From an uncultured Candidatus Peribacteria bacterium (lineage in GTDB: Bacteria; Patescibacteriota; Gracilibacteria; BD1-5; UBA6164): a stretch of DNA of 64,000 nucleotides. The DNA lies in the NCBI GenBank assembly GCA_964415565.1, contig CAYQAV010000131.1:291-64290 (forward strand), written 5' to 3'. The notes under the pieces are model-generated. The model had not been told where the DNA came from, ran no database searches, and saw only the letters and a list, made by a program, of their open reading frames with translations. The position numbers were made by a program, and so were the translations under genes. Shown piece by piece: positions 1 through 11,198 of this stretch; position 1 is the stretch's first letter, and the number at the start of each line of letters is the position of its first letter.

Positions 1-1567
1 ATCTTTTAAAAATGATATCTCAATCTATATTTATTTTATCTTCTCATTTAATAATAAAAATTTTATCAAATGAATCATTTATAGTAGAATTAGTCTTTTT
101 TATATACATTCATACTATTGTATCTTCAAAAATAGGTTTTCATACTATATATTCACTTCACTTCCATACAGGTTCTTCCAAATTATCCATAAAATACCAT
201 TCTATTTTACCTAATTCTTCTAGACTTTTTGCATCAAATGTAGCAAGTTTTCATCAACTATTTAACTTTTTTTCTGTTATATTAACAACATAAGTTATAT
301 TTATATATGGCATTGTTTCTACTGTTTTTTTAATTTCTTTTCATTGAGAATCAATTCAATTAATAGTTAATTTTATATCAGTAGGTCAGATCTTATCAAA
401 TGTTTTTATTAAGCTAGGTAATACTGTTTCTTGCTTATCTTCTTCTCAAAAATCCCATGAAAAGTTTTTAATAGTTATTCAGTTTTTAATTTCAGCCTGT
501 GCTAAATATGTTAAATCAAACTTTAATTCTATAGGTCAAATTAGATTTTTTGTATCGCTTAATAATGCTGATTCTTTTGTAAAATTTTCATTTGTTAATT
601 TTGCATTATCATAAATTTGAATTTCTCAAAATGACATTTCTTGCCAGTTTGGTAGATTTATTATTTTTTGATCAATTATCATCCATGCAGTTGCCGTAGA
701 AAATGTAATTATTAATAATATAATTGATAATATAGCAAATTTTATTTTTTTCTTTTTAAATTCTTTTTTTGTAAGAAAAAATTTAAACAAAAATATAATT
801 AAAAAAATAGTTTCAGATAATAATATTGTAGAAAAAATGATTGTTATCAATTGAGAAATAAATGCATTTATTTCATTTAGATTTATTCATAACCCCGCAA
901 AAAATCTTACATCATCTACAGTTTTTGCATTTAGTACTACGAATCATAAAAAACTTCATCAAACTATAAGTCAAATTACTGTAATTATTAGTAAAAATGA
1001 GAATATTTGACCAGTACTCATTTTTTTACTTACTTTTTTTTGTTCTAGCTTTGTAACAATTTTTGATTTTATAAATAATTTTTCTCAAAAAGTACTAGGT
1101 ACTACTTTACTAATTAATTGAAAATTTTTATCATCAAAACTAACTCATCAATTTCATTCTTGATTTTTACTTGTATCTTCTAAATTTAATTTAGTTATTG
1201 ATTTAGTTTTTAATACTATATTTGAATAAATAGGATATTTGATATGTTTAGTATCTACAATTACATTATTTTTTCTAAATTCTATTTTTACCATATTTTC
1301 ATTTGGCTCAAAAGTAACAAAATCATAATTTTGTTCATCAAGTAAAAATAAAATATCTTTTAAGGAAGCAATATTTATATCAAAAATATTACTTTTTTTA
1401 TTTTTTATCTCTTCTTTTTTTTCTGGTTCATCAGGTAAATCGAACATTGATACCAAATCTTGGTTATCAATTAATTTTTCATTTTCTGATATATCAGAAC
1501 TGTTTTGGCTTAAATCAGACAATATATCATTTTCTAGATTATCATTATTTTCTTTAGGCGATACCAT
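1..1567 (-). CDS. hypothetical membrane protein, 3' end runs off the window
   Basis: Open from ATG at 1567 to the window edge when TGA=Gly. No in-frame TAA/TAG; checked by hand over 1-1153. Acidic N-terminus MVSPKENNDNLEND, then hydrophobic helices FSFLLIITVIGLIVGG, IIFSTILLSETIFLIIFLF, FAILSIILLIITF. Track ORFs 1154..1567 and 626..850 are fragments of it. Confidence 0.55.
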
Positions 1568-1673
1568 TTTTATTTATTTATAAATTATTTATATTATATT
1601 ATCATAAAATCAACAATTATCATATAAATATATATTGACAAAAAAAAAAGTCATTTTTTTATAATGACTTTTT

Positions 1674-1823
1674 TTATAATCCAGCAGCGGCTTGGTTTAA
1701 ATTACTTGCAACAACAGCAGCAGCAGTTAAGAAAATTAACATATATGTACCTGAGTGAAAACTTGTATTTTTTTCATCCCATGCTTTAATTGCTGCAAAA
1801 ATATTTTTTATTTTTGTTTTCAT
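1674..1823 (-). CDS. small (49 aa) single-helix membrane protein, hypothetical
   Basis: ATG 1823 to TAA 1674: MKTKIKNIFAAIKAWDEKNTSFHSGTYMLIFLTAAAVVASNLNQAAAGL. Followed by hairpin aagtcatt/aatgactt. No family recognised. Confidence 0.4.
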   Translation of the reverse strand: MKTKIKNIFAAIKAWDEKNTSFHSGTYMLIFLTAAAVVASNLNQAAAGL

Positions 1824-1879
1824 ATTTTCTATGATTAATATTAATGTAATAAAATTGTAACATAAAAAAAATAAAAAAA

Positions 1880-1912
1880 CAAAAAAATGAAAAGATTTTT
1901 TCTCTTTTCATT
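1880..1912 (-). terminator. intrinsic terminator after secA
   Basis: Stem atgaaaaga/tcttttcat followed by a T-run on the minus strand, directly after the secA stop. Confidence 0.6.
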
Positions 1913-1913
1913 T

Positions 1914-4511
1914 TTATACTCTAATTTTTTTAATATTTCCATTGTTTATTTTATTAAATAATGGATTTATTTTTTCTTTAATTTTAGTAGTTTCATCTAA
2001 ATTTACTTCATTTAATTCAAAATTTTCTTTAGATAAATCTATTTGCTCAACTTGTTCTATTTTTTTGATAGAAAATATAGCTTTTACAACTTTATATTCG
2101 ATTTCGTTTATTAAATCTCTAAATTTGTAATATGCTTTTTCTTTATAAACAGTTAAAGGATTTTTTCCGCTATATCATTCAAAAGCAACTTCTTCTCTAA
2201 GTTTACTCATTGCATCAATATGTCTCATCCAAAGTTCATCAATAGAACTTAAAACTATCCTTCTTTCTAAATTTAAATATTCATTTTCTGAAGCTGCATC
2301 TCTTTTTAAACTTTCAAATTCTTCAAAAGCTATATTAGAAATATATTTTGATAATTCTTCAGGATTAGAAATTCAAGATATATCATCAATTTCTATCTTG
2401 TCATTTAGAGCATCAATTCATAAAAATTCATTTACTTTTTTTATTATTTTATTGTTTGATGATTTACTAATATTTTCATTTTTTGAAAACTCAGCAGTAA
2501 CTAGAGTAGAAATTTGATTTTCAATCGTATTTCTTATATCCTCATGAATATTTTCACTATCAAGAATTTTATTTCTTCTAGAGTAAATTATATTTCTATG
2601 TTTATTTATAACATCATCGTATTCTAAAATATGTTTTCTTACATCAAAGTTATGTCATTCTACTTGTTTTTGAACTCAAGTAACTCTTTTTGTAAGCATT
2701 CCACTTTGAGCTAAAGGTTCGTCATCTGGAAGGGAAGCAAACATTGGTGAATTAAATACTGAAAATAATTTATCTCAACCAAAAATTCTCATGATATCAT
2801 CATTTGGTGAAATTAAAAATTGAGTAATTCAAGGATCTCATTGTCTACCAGCTCTTCATCTTAATTGGTTATCAATTCTTCTTGTTTCATGTTTTTCAGT
2901 ACCAAGAATTATTAATCAACCTAAATCAGCAACTCATTCTCATAATTTTATATCTGTACCTCTTCAAGCCATATTTGTAGCAATTGTTATTGCTGATTTT
3001 TGACCAGCATTAGCTACTATTTCAGCTTCTCTTTCATGATATTTAGCATTTAAAACATTGTGTTTTATACCTTCTGCTTTTAATCTTTCACTTAGATATT
3101 CACTTTTTTCAACTGAAACTGTACCAACAAGGATTGGTTGTCCAGTTGCATTCATTTCTTTTATAAGTCTAACTACATAATCAAATTTACCTTTTTCATT
3201 TTTGAAAAGTAAATCTGGTCTATCTTCTCTAGCTATTGGTTTATTTGTAGGGATTACAAGTGTATCAAGTCAGTATACTTTGTAAAATTCTTCAGCTTCT
3301 GTAACTGCAGTACCAGTCATACCAGCCAATTTCCAATACATTCTAAAATAATTTTGAAATGTTATTGAAGCCAATGTTTTACTTTCTTGTTTTATTTCTA
3401 CATTTTCTTTTGCTTCTATTGCTTGGTGAAGTCATTCAGAGTATCTTCTACCTGCTAAAACCCTACCTGTATGTTCATCAACTATTTGAACTTCTCAGTT
3501 TAAAACTAAATAATCTTTATCTTTATGATAAACTGCCATAGCTTTAAGTGCATTTTCTACATGATGAATATCATTATAATGATTTGAAACATATATATTA
3601 TCTATTCTTAATAATTCTTCTATTTTTTTAATTCAATCTTCAGTTAGAGTAGCTGTTTTTTGTTTTTCGTCTATCTTGTAATGAATACCATTTTGTAAAT
3701 GTTTTATAAGTGCAGCAAATTGCATATATTTGCTAGTTGGTTCATTGTCAGGCATAGAAATAATAAGTGGAGTTCTAGCTTCATCAATAAGGATAGAATC
3801 AACTTCATCTATAATAGCAAAAAATAATTTACTTTGAGCTTTTTCATCTTTTGAAATAACCATATTATCTCTAAGATAATCAAAACCTAATTCATTGTTT
3901 GTAGCATAAACTATATCACAAGAATAAGCAGCCTTTTTATCAAATTTATTTTGAGAATTTACAACAACTCAAGTTGTTAATCAAAGTGTACCATATAAGA
4001 TCCCCATTTCTCCACTATCTCTAGCAGCTAGGTAATCATTTACAGTAACAATATGAACACTATTTCAAGTAAGTGCATTTAAGTAAGCAGGAAGAGTAGC
4101 AACTAATGTTTTTCATTCTCAAGTTTTCATCTCACTTATATTTCATTCGTGAATTGCTAAACCTCAGATAAGTTGAACATTATAAGGAATCATATTCCAA
4201 GTTACACTTCTACCATCTTTTAATTCAAAAGTTTTACCATTTATAAGTTTTGCAGCAGTTTTTACCAACGCAAAAGCTTCACATTTTATAGTATTTAATA
4301 TTTCTTTTATTTTTTTTGTATCTTCTAAATCTCTAAAATTTAGTCATTCAAACAATTTTTTAAACTCTGCAGTTTTATTTTGTATATCTTCTAAAGTGAA
4401 TTTTTCTTGAGCTTTTTCAAATTCTTTTATTTTTTCTACAAGGCGAGAAATTTCTTTTACTTTCTTTTCACTAGGGTCTCCAAATATGGCTTTAATAATG
4501 CTTTCTATCAT
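1914..4511 (-). CDS. secA: preprotein translocase ATPase SecA (865 aa)
   Basis: N-terminus [25 protein letters not shown]. Motifs [71 protein letters not shown]. Track fragments 3633..3863 and 2964..3155 are in the same frame and join through TGA=Gly. Confidence 0.95.
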
Positions 4512-4639
4512 TTTTCGTGTGATTTTATAATTAAACCTTGAGATTATAATAAAAAAAAGATATAAATCAAAAATAGTTTTTGCTTTTTTGAAAAGTATTT
4601 ATATACTAGTTATATACTTATTTTTAATATAATGTAAAT

Positions 4640-5050
4640 ATGAGAAAAATAATTGTTTTATTAATAATGTTAACATTTGTTTTATCAAGTTGTTCAATAG
4701 ATTGGAATGATGAAAAAGATAAGAAAATTACTGAATTGGAAAATAAAGTCGAAGAAATAATAAAAGAAAAAGAAAGTGATTTATTTAATAAAAAACAAGA
4801 GTGTAAAAAATATCAAGATACTGCATTTTTATTTCTTAAAGAATGAGACGAAATTGACTCAATATTTTATAGTAAAAAATTAAATTCTTGTTTATTTTCA
4901 TTTATAACATATGAAACAGTATCATTAGAAGGTTTTGATAGAGATTATCCAATACATGTTATAAGAGATATATTTACACTTGAATATATTTTTAGAGAAA
5001 CTGATTATCCACTATGGCAAGAAAAAATAAAAGAACTTAAATGAGAATAG
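4640..5050 (+). CDS. lipoprotein, hypothetical (136 aa)
   Basis: Signal peptide with lipobox MRKIIVLLIMLTFVLSSC. The frame continues through TGA at 4847 and 5042 to TAG at 5048. Confidence 0.6.
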
Positions 5051-5051
5051 T

Positions 5052-5996
5052 ATGAATAAGTATATAATTGAACAAGAAATAGATTCTTTATTAAAAAATC
5101 ATTATTTTGAATGACAAAAATCTATAACATCATTTGAATTTGAATGAATAACTTTTTCTGAAAAAAATTATTCATTTTGAGAGTGAGCATTTTGAAACAA
5201 GTGGATAATAAATTGTGAGCTAGAATGAGAAAATTATAAAGATGTTTTAAAAAATTATTTTGATAAAATTAGTAGAATAATTACAAAAATTTCTTTTATA
5301 TGACAAGCATATATAAATTATAACTATTGAAGTTTATTAGTAAAAAAATGAGATATTTGATTATTTTTTTATAGATATAATGACGAGCCTGTATGACTAA
5401 ATTTTTGAAAAAATAAGCAAGATATACTTTTAGATATGTATTATAATAAAGATATTCCTCAAGAATTTTTTAGCTATTGGTATGATTTAATAAATACAAC
5501 TTCATATACATGAAAAATTTTATTATTATGTTGTTCTATAGAATCTTTATTGCCTAAAAAACATAAATGAAAAATATTAAATAAAGAACAATCTGAACAT
5601 AATAAAGAAGTTAACAAATTAAGAAAAAAAATAATTTGAAATGATTTAGATAATGATTTATTTTGAAGAGATGATAAATGATTAAGACATAGAATTATTC
5701 ATTGAGAATATTTTTCACCAGAAGACTTTAAAAAAAATTATGTTGTTGAAATTCATAATAGAATTATTGATTATTTTAATAAAGAAATAATTAATATAGA
5801 TGAAAAAATACCATTATGAATTATTGATCCTCAAAGAAATTTGTTTATTAATTATAAGAGTCAATGATGTTATTTAAAATGAAGTAAAAAATTTAAACTT
5901 AATATTGTAAATTTATTAGATAATATAAAACAAGATAGAATTTTAAAATTTAAGGAAGATACATATAAAATAGTTTCTAATGTAGATAATTTTTAA
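5052..5996 (+). CDS. hypothetical protein (314 aa) with an Rx4H HEPN-like motif
   Basis: Codon-by-codon translation from ATG 5052 to TAA 5994 with 21 TGA=Gly codons. C-terminal half has LLCCSIESLL ... GLRHRIIHGEYF. Confidence 0.6.
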
Positions 5997-6006
5997 CAAA
6001 AACACT

Positions 6007-6597
6007 ATGATTTCATATATAACTTGAAAAATAATTGATTTAGATTTCACTAATATGACTATTTTAACAAATAGTTGAGTAGGGTATGAAGTACTTATAA
6101 ATGAACTTACATATTCAAAACTTGCTACTTTAGAAGAAGTAGAATTATTTATTTATCACTATAAAACAGAAAATAGTGAAAACCTTTTTTGATTTATAGA
6201 AAAAGAAGAAAAAAAAGTTTTTGGAGAGCTTATAAAAATCTCTTGAATAGGTTGAAAAGTAGCTATGCAGATACTATCTCTTTGAATTGAAAGACTTATT
6301 ATGTCTATAAAATGAGAAGACAATAAAACTATAGAAAGTATAAAATGAGTAGGTAAAAAAATGGCTGAAAAAATAATTCTAGAATTAAAAGATAAAGAAT
6401 TTGCTATAGATTTCAGAAAAACTGAAAATGTATTAAAAGCAAACAATATAGATTCATCACTTCATAGCTCTATTAAATCAACTCTTACCGCTATGTGATA
6501 TAATCCAAAAGATATAGATAATATACTCTTTAATCTACCAGAAGGAATAAATGAAACAAAAGATATAATTCCATATGTTATTAAAAGTTTGAGTTAA
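6007..6597 (+). CDS. ruvA: Holliday junction DNA helicase subunit RuvA (196 aa)
   Basis: MISYITGKIIDL..GVGYEVLI..LFGFIEKEEKKVFGELIKISGIGGKVAMQILS..IKGVGKKMAEKIILELKDK, the typical RuvA OB fold plus two helix-hairpin-helix motifs. Confidence 0.9.
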
Positions 6598-6599
6598 TA

Positions 6600-6755
6600 A
6601 AAATCTAAAAAACTAACATCTGATAAAAAATAATCTTTTTTGTTAATTTCTTATCAAAAATTTTTCTCTTTACAAAGGCATAAGTAAAAATTTTTTCAAA
6701 AAAATTACCTAAAAAATCTTGATTTTTATATCTACGAAGTAGTTTTTTAGATTTT
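6600..6755. repeat. pair of perfect 16-bp inverted repeats (6600-6615 / 6740-6755)
   Basis: aaaatctaaaaaacta ... tagttttttagatttt, 124 nt apart, in the ruvA-rmuC spacer. Confidence 0.7.
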
Positions 6756-6782
6756 CTTTAAAATATTTTTTAAAAGAAAATT

Positions 6783-7829
6783 ATGAATTTAGAAGTAGTT
6801 TTAATACTCGTTGTTTTTGTATTGCTTGCAGTGATTTTTTATCTTTTTTCTAAATTGTGAAACAAATCTAATTCAAATGATAGTTTTAGATTACTTCAAG
6901 ATCAAATTCTAGCACTTAACAAAAGTCTTGATTTTAAATTGTCAGAATCAAATAGAAATACTATGAGACAGTGAGAAATAAATACTAGTATTTCAAAAGA
7001 GGCATCACAAAAAATAGAGGAAATAACAAAAAAATTATCAAGTTTAGAAGAAACAAATAAACAAATAAAAGATATTTGAAGTCAATTAGAATGACTTGAA
7101 TCTATACTTAAAAATCCAAAACAAAGAGGTATTTTGTGAGAATATTTTTTAGAAAATGTTTTAAAAAATATACTTCCTCCAGATAATTTTGAGTTGCAAT
7201 ATAGCTTTGCAAATGGTGAAATAGTAGATTGAGTTATATTCGTAAAAGAAAAGATTATTCCTATAGATTCTAAATTTTCGCTTGAAAATTATAATAGGGT
7301 ATTAAGTGAAGATAATCTAGTGCAAAAAGAAATCTATATAAAAGATTTCAAAAATGATTTAAAGAAAAGAATCGATGAAACAAGTAAATATATAAGACCT
7401 AGTGAGGGGACTATGGATTTTGCTTTTATGTTTATTCCAAGTGAATGAATTTATTATGATTTACTTGTAAATAAAATCTGAACTTTGAAATCAAATACCG
7501 TTGATTTAATAGAATATGCTTTTAAAGAAAAAAAAGTAATTATAGTAAGTCCAACTAGTTTTTATGCATATTTACAAACAGTTATGCAATGACTTAGAGC
7601 TCTACAAATAGAAGAAAAAGCACAAGATATTAAGAAACATGTTGAGAAATTATCTAAGCATCTTGATGCTTATGAAGAGTACTTAGAAAAGCTATGAAAT
7701 AGTTTGTGAACAAGTATAAATCATTATAATAATGCATATAAAAAATTTAATCTAATTGAAAAAGATGTTATTAAAATAACAGGTGAAGAACAAGAGAGTA
7801 ACATAATACAATTAAATTGACCAGAATAA
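6783..7829 (+). CDS. rmuC: DNA recombination protein RmuC (348 aa)
   Basis: N-terminal TM helix and coiled-coil region, then KQRGILGEYFLENVL..DGVIFVKEKIIPIDSKFSLENY..MDFAFMFIPSEGIYYD..VIIVSPTSFYAYLQ. Confidence 0.9.
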
Positions 7830-7833
7830 AATA

Positions 7834-7868
7834 AAAAGCCTTTAGTATAGACTAAAAGCTTTTTATTT
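7834..7868 (+). terminator. intrinsic terminator after rmuC
   Basis: Stem aaaagcctttagt/actaaaagctttt (one mismatch), loop atag, then a T-rich tail. Confidence 0.6.
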
Positions 7869-8078
7869 TATAAAAATATTATGTGATATAAAAATACAAT
7901 ATTGCTTATTTTTATTTTTATTGTTTTGTTAAATATTAAAAATAAAAAAATGACTATTAATAGAGTATTAATTATTGTTTTTAACATTGTGTAAAAAAGT
8001 TTTAACAAGGTTGTTCTAAAATTGTTAGCAAAAATTAGAAAAATAGTTAAATTTCTCTAAGACACTTTATTTTTTTAT

Positions 8079-10700
8079 ATGTTTGATATGGGTATTAAAG
8101 TTATTAAAACAAGAGATTGAGATTTGTTACACTTCGATAGAAGTAGAATAGAGAGAGTTATAGAAAAAGCAGCCGAAAGTGTATGAGAAAAAAACCTAGA
8201 TTTTGTAGATTTTATAACTGATAATGTAATTCAAGCATTAGAGTTAAAATTAGAAAAATTTGATAAATCTCAGTTTATAACTGTTGAAATGATTCAAGAC
8301 CAAGTAGAAAGAGAATTAATGGAATCTTGATATTTTCAAGTAATGAAACATTTTATTATCTACAGAAGTAAAAGAGCCGAAGCAAGAGAAAAAGCAAAAG
8401 AAAAAGTAGAAAAAAAATTATCTGAAAATACATTTAAAATTATTAAAACTACTTGAAAAAAAGAAAGTTTTGATATGGATAAAATAGAAAAAACTTATAA
8501 AATCGTAAGTTATTGATTAGCTAGAAAATGTAGATTTGAAGAAATAAGTGATAGTTTTAGAAAATATATCGTTGAATGAATGAAAACAAACGATATAACT
8601 AAGATGCTTATTAAATCAGCTATAGATTTGATTTCTATTGAAAATACTTCTTGGCAATTTATTGCTTGAAGATTGGCTTTAATTGATTTGTATAAAGAAG
8701 CTTCAAACAATAGAAAAATGGATATCAAAAAAATATATGAAGCAAAACATTATGCTGAATTATTTGATGAATATGTAAAATTATGATTATATTCTAAAAA
8801 TTTCTATAATTATTATACAAAAGAAGATATTTTAGAAGCAGGTAAATACTTGAAAAAAGATTATGATTTTGAATACAATTATACAACTATTTTGATGTAT
8901 AAAAAAAGATATCTTTTAAATCCAAATAAGAAAATAAAAGAATTACCTCAAGAAATGTATATGAGTATTGCTCTATTTTTAGCTATGCCTGAACCAAAGG
9001 AAAATAGATTAAAAATTGCAAAAAAGATATATGATTATTGTGCTACTGGTAAAATTTCTCTACCAACTCCAACTCTATTAAATGCTAGAACAAATTTTCA
9101 TCAATTATCTAGTTGTTTTAAATTTAATGTTGAAGATGATTTAAGAGCAATTTATCATTCTATTGAAAATATGGCACAAGTTTCTAAATTTTGAGGATGA
9201 ATTTGAGTTTATCTTTGAAATATTAGAAGTAGAGGGGCAAATATTAGATGAGTAAAAGGTGCTGCAGGTTGAGTTAATCCTTGGATTAAAGTTATAAATG
9301 ATACTGCAGTTGCAGTAAATCAATTGTGAGCTAGAGCTTGAGCAATAAGTGTAACTTTAGATGTTTTTCATAGAGATATATATAGTTTTCTTGATATTCA
9401 AACTGAAACTTGAGATATAAGAAATAAAAGTTTTGATGTATTTCCAGCGGTTTCATTTCCAGATTTATTTATGGAAAGAGTAGCAAATGATGAAAATTGG
9501 ACACTTTTTGATCCAAAAGAAGTAACTGATTTTACAGGTAAAAAATTACAAGATCACTTTTGAGCTGAATTTGAAGTTTTTTATTCTGAGTGTGAAAAAA
9601 ATGAAAAATTAGAATTAAAAGAAGTTATTTCTGCAAGAGATTTGTTTAAAAAATTTTTAAAAGCAACTGTTGAAACTGGTATGCCTTATGCATTTTTTAG
9701 AGATACAGTAAATAAAGCAAATCCAAATAAACATGCTTGAAATATATATTCAACTCAACTTTGTGTTGAAATATGTCAAAATACAAGTCCTTCTAAATTT
9801 ATAGAAGAAACAATTGAAGATGGAAAAATAATTATAAAATACGAGCCAGGAGATAGCGTAGTTTGTAACCTAGCATCAATAAATGTTGCAAAAGTTAATA
9901 CTCCTGACGATATCAAAAAAGTACTTCCAGTTGCTATGAGATTACTTGATAATGTAATTGATTTAAATTTCTATCCTATAAAAGAAGCTGAAAAAACTGC
10001 AAAAAAATATAGATCTGTTTGACTTGGATTTTTATGACTTGCTGAATATTTAGCTGTAAATAAATTGGCATACGATAGTAAAGAAGCAAGAACAGTTGTT
10101 GATGAATTATTTGAAAAATATGCATATCAAACTCTTAAATCTTCAAATGAATTAGCAACAGAAAGAGGAACTTATGAAGTTTATAAATGAAGTGAATGGT
10201 CTAAATGAATATTATTTCAAAAAGATGCTAATTGGTTTAGAAATAATTCAAAAATGAGTGCTGACTGGTTAGAATTAATAGAAAATATTAAAAAAACTTG
10301 AGTAAGATTTGCTTATCACTTAGCTCCAGCACCAAATACTTCTACTGCTTTAGTAGTTGGTACAACAGCTTCAATTTTACCTATTTATAAAAAATATTTT
10401 GTTGAAACAAATGCAATTGCACCAAGTGTAAATGTGGCACCAAACTTAGATGAAGAAAATTTTTGGTATTACAAAGAATATGTAAATATGAATATGAATG
10501 ATGTAATTGATATGGTTTCAGTTATATATAAATGGATAGATCAATCAATCTCATTTGAATGGATGATAAACCCTGCAAATGTTTCTCCAAAAGAGCTTTA
10601 TGAATACTATTTTAAAGCACATAGAGAATGAATTAAAACAGTTTATTATGTTAGATCTATGAGTCTTGAAGTAAAAGAATGTGTAAGTTGTAGTTGATAA
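8079..10700 (+). CDS. nrdA: class I ribonucleotide reductase alpha subunit with N-terminal ATP-cone (873 aa)
   Basis: ATP-cone VIKTRDGDLLHFDRSRIERVI. LPTPTLLNARTNFHQLSSCF. KFGGGIGVYLGNIRSRGANIRG with TGA at 9192, 9198, 9204. STQLCVEI. C-terminal CVSCSG. ATG at 8088 is an alternative start. Confidence 0.9.
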
Positions 10701-10741
10701 TAAAAATAGATATTTTATTTTTATTTTTAAATATATATATT

Positions 10742-11053
10742 ATGGAAAAATCTATAGAATTAAAAGAAAAAATACAACAAATCTATCAATTTGATTTATC
10801 TTCATGAAGTAGATTAGAGGATTATTTGTGAAATACTTTTTATGTATTATCACAGAGAGAATTTTTATTATGATGATGAAAAATTTCTATAGAAGATATT
10901 TTAATATTAGAGAATGAATATAAAAAAATAGTAGAAATAATTTTAAATTCACCAATTCAAAATTTAGTTGATAAATTAAATTCTAACAAACCATCTGAAA
11001 ATTGAACAAATCCAAATATAGAATCAATAAAAATAGCATTTTGAATTAATTAA
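10742..11053 (+). CDS. hypothetical protein (103 aa)
   Basis: ATG 10742 to TAA 11051, open with TGA=Gly: MEKSIELKEKIQQIYQFDLSSGSRLEDYLGNTFYVLSQREF. No family recognised. Confidence 0.45.
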
Positions 11054-11123
11054 TACTATATGTTGTAAAGTATATGATATAAATATAAAAATAGTCAATT
11101 CAAAATATATAAAAATTCTTTTA

Positions 11124-11176
11124 AAAAACTACATATTGTATATAGTTAAATTAACTATATACAATATGTAGTTTTT
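11124..11176. terminator. perfect hairpin with 25-bp arms and 3-nt loop; terminator and/or operator
   Basis: aaaaactacatattgtatatagtta-aat-taactatatacaatatgtagttttt, with an A-run before and a T-run after. It ends 22 nt upstream of the nrdD ATG. Confidence 0.7.
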
Positions 11177-11198
11177 GTTTTTCTAAATTTATTTTAAT

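Noticed and set aside
1154-1567. Resemblance of LKDILFLLDEQNYDFVTFEPNENMVKIEFRKNNVIVDTKHI... to the region preceding the ATPase core of GspE/PilB secretion ATPases.
   Set aside because: The match is short, rests on memory only, and no Walker motifs follow; the protein continues into TM helices. It is too weak to call.
7830-8078. NrdR boxes upstream of nrdA.
   Set aside because: I found only weak fragments (acaatattg, acattgtgt) and no pair with about 31-32 bp spacing. I could not support a site by eye; a PWM scan is needed.
9141-9323. Track ORFs antisense to recognisable genes (for example 9141..9323 in nrdA, 11521..11748 in nrdD, 14479..14667 and 14538..14726, 17361..17588, 20679..20945, 43969..44163, 21144..21356).
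   Set aside because: Each lies opposite a well-supported gene, encodes low-complexity AT-rich-codon peptide with no motif, and exists only because the opposite strand of AT-rich coding DNA is poor in stops.
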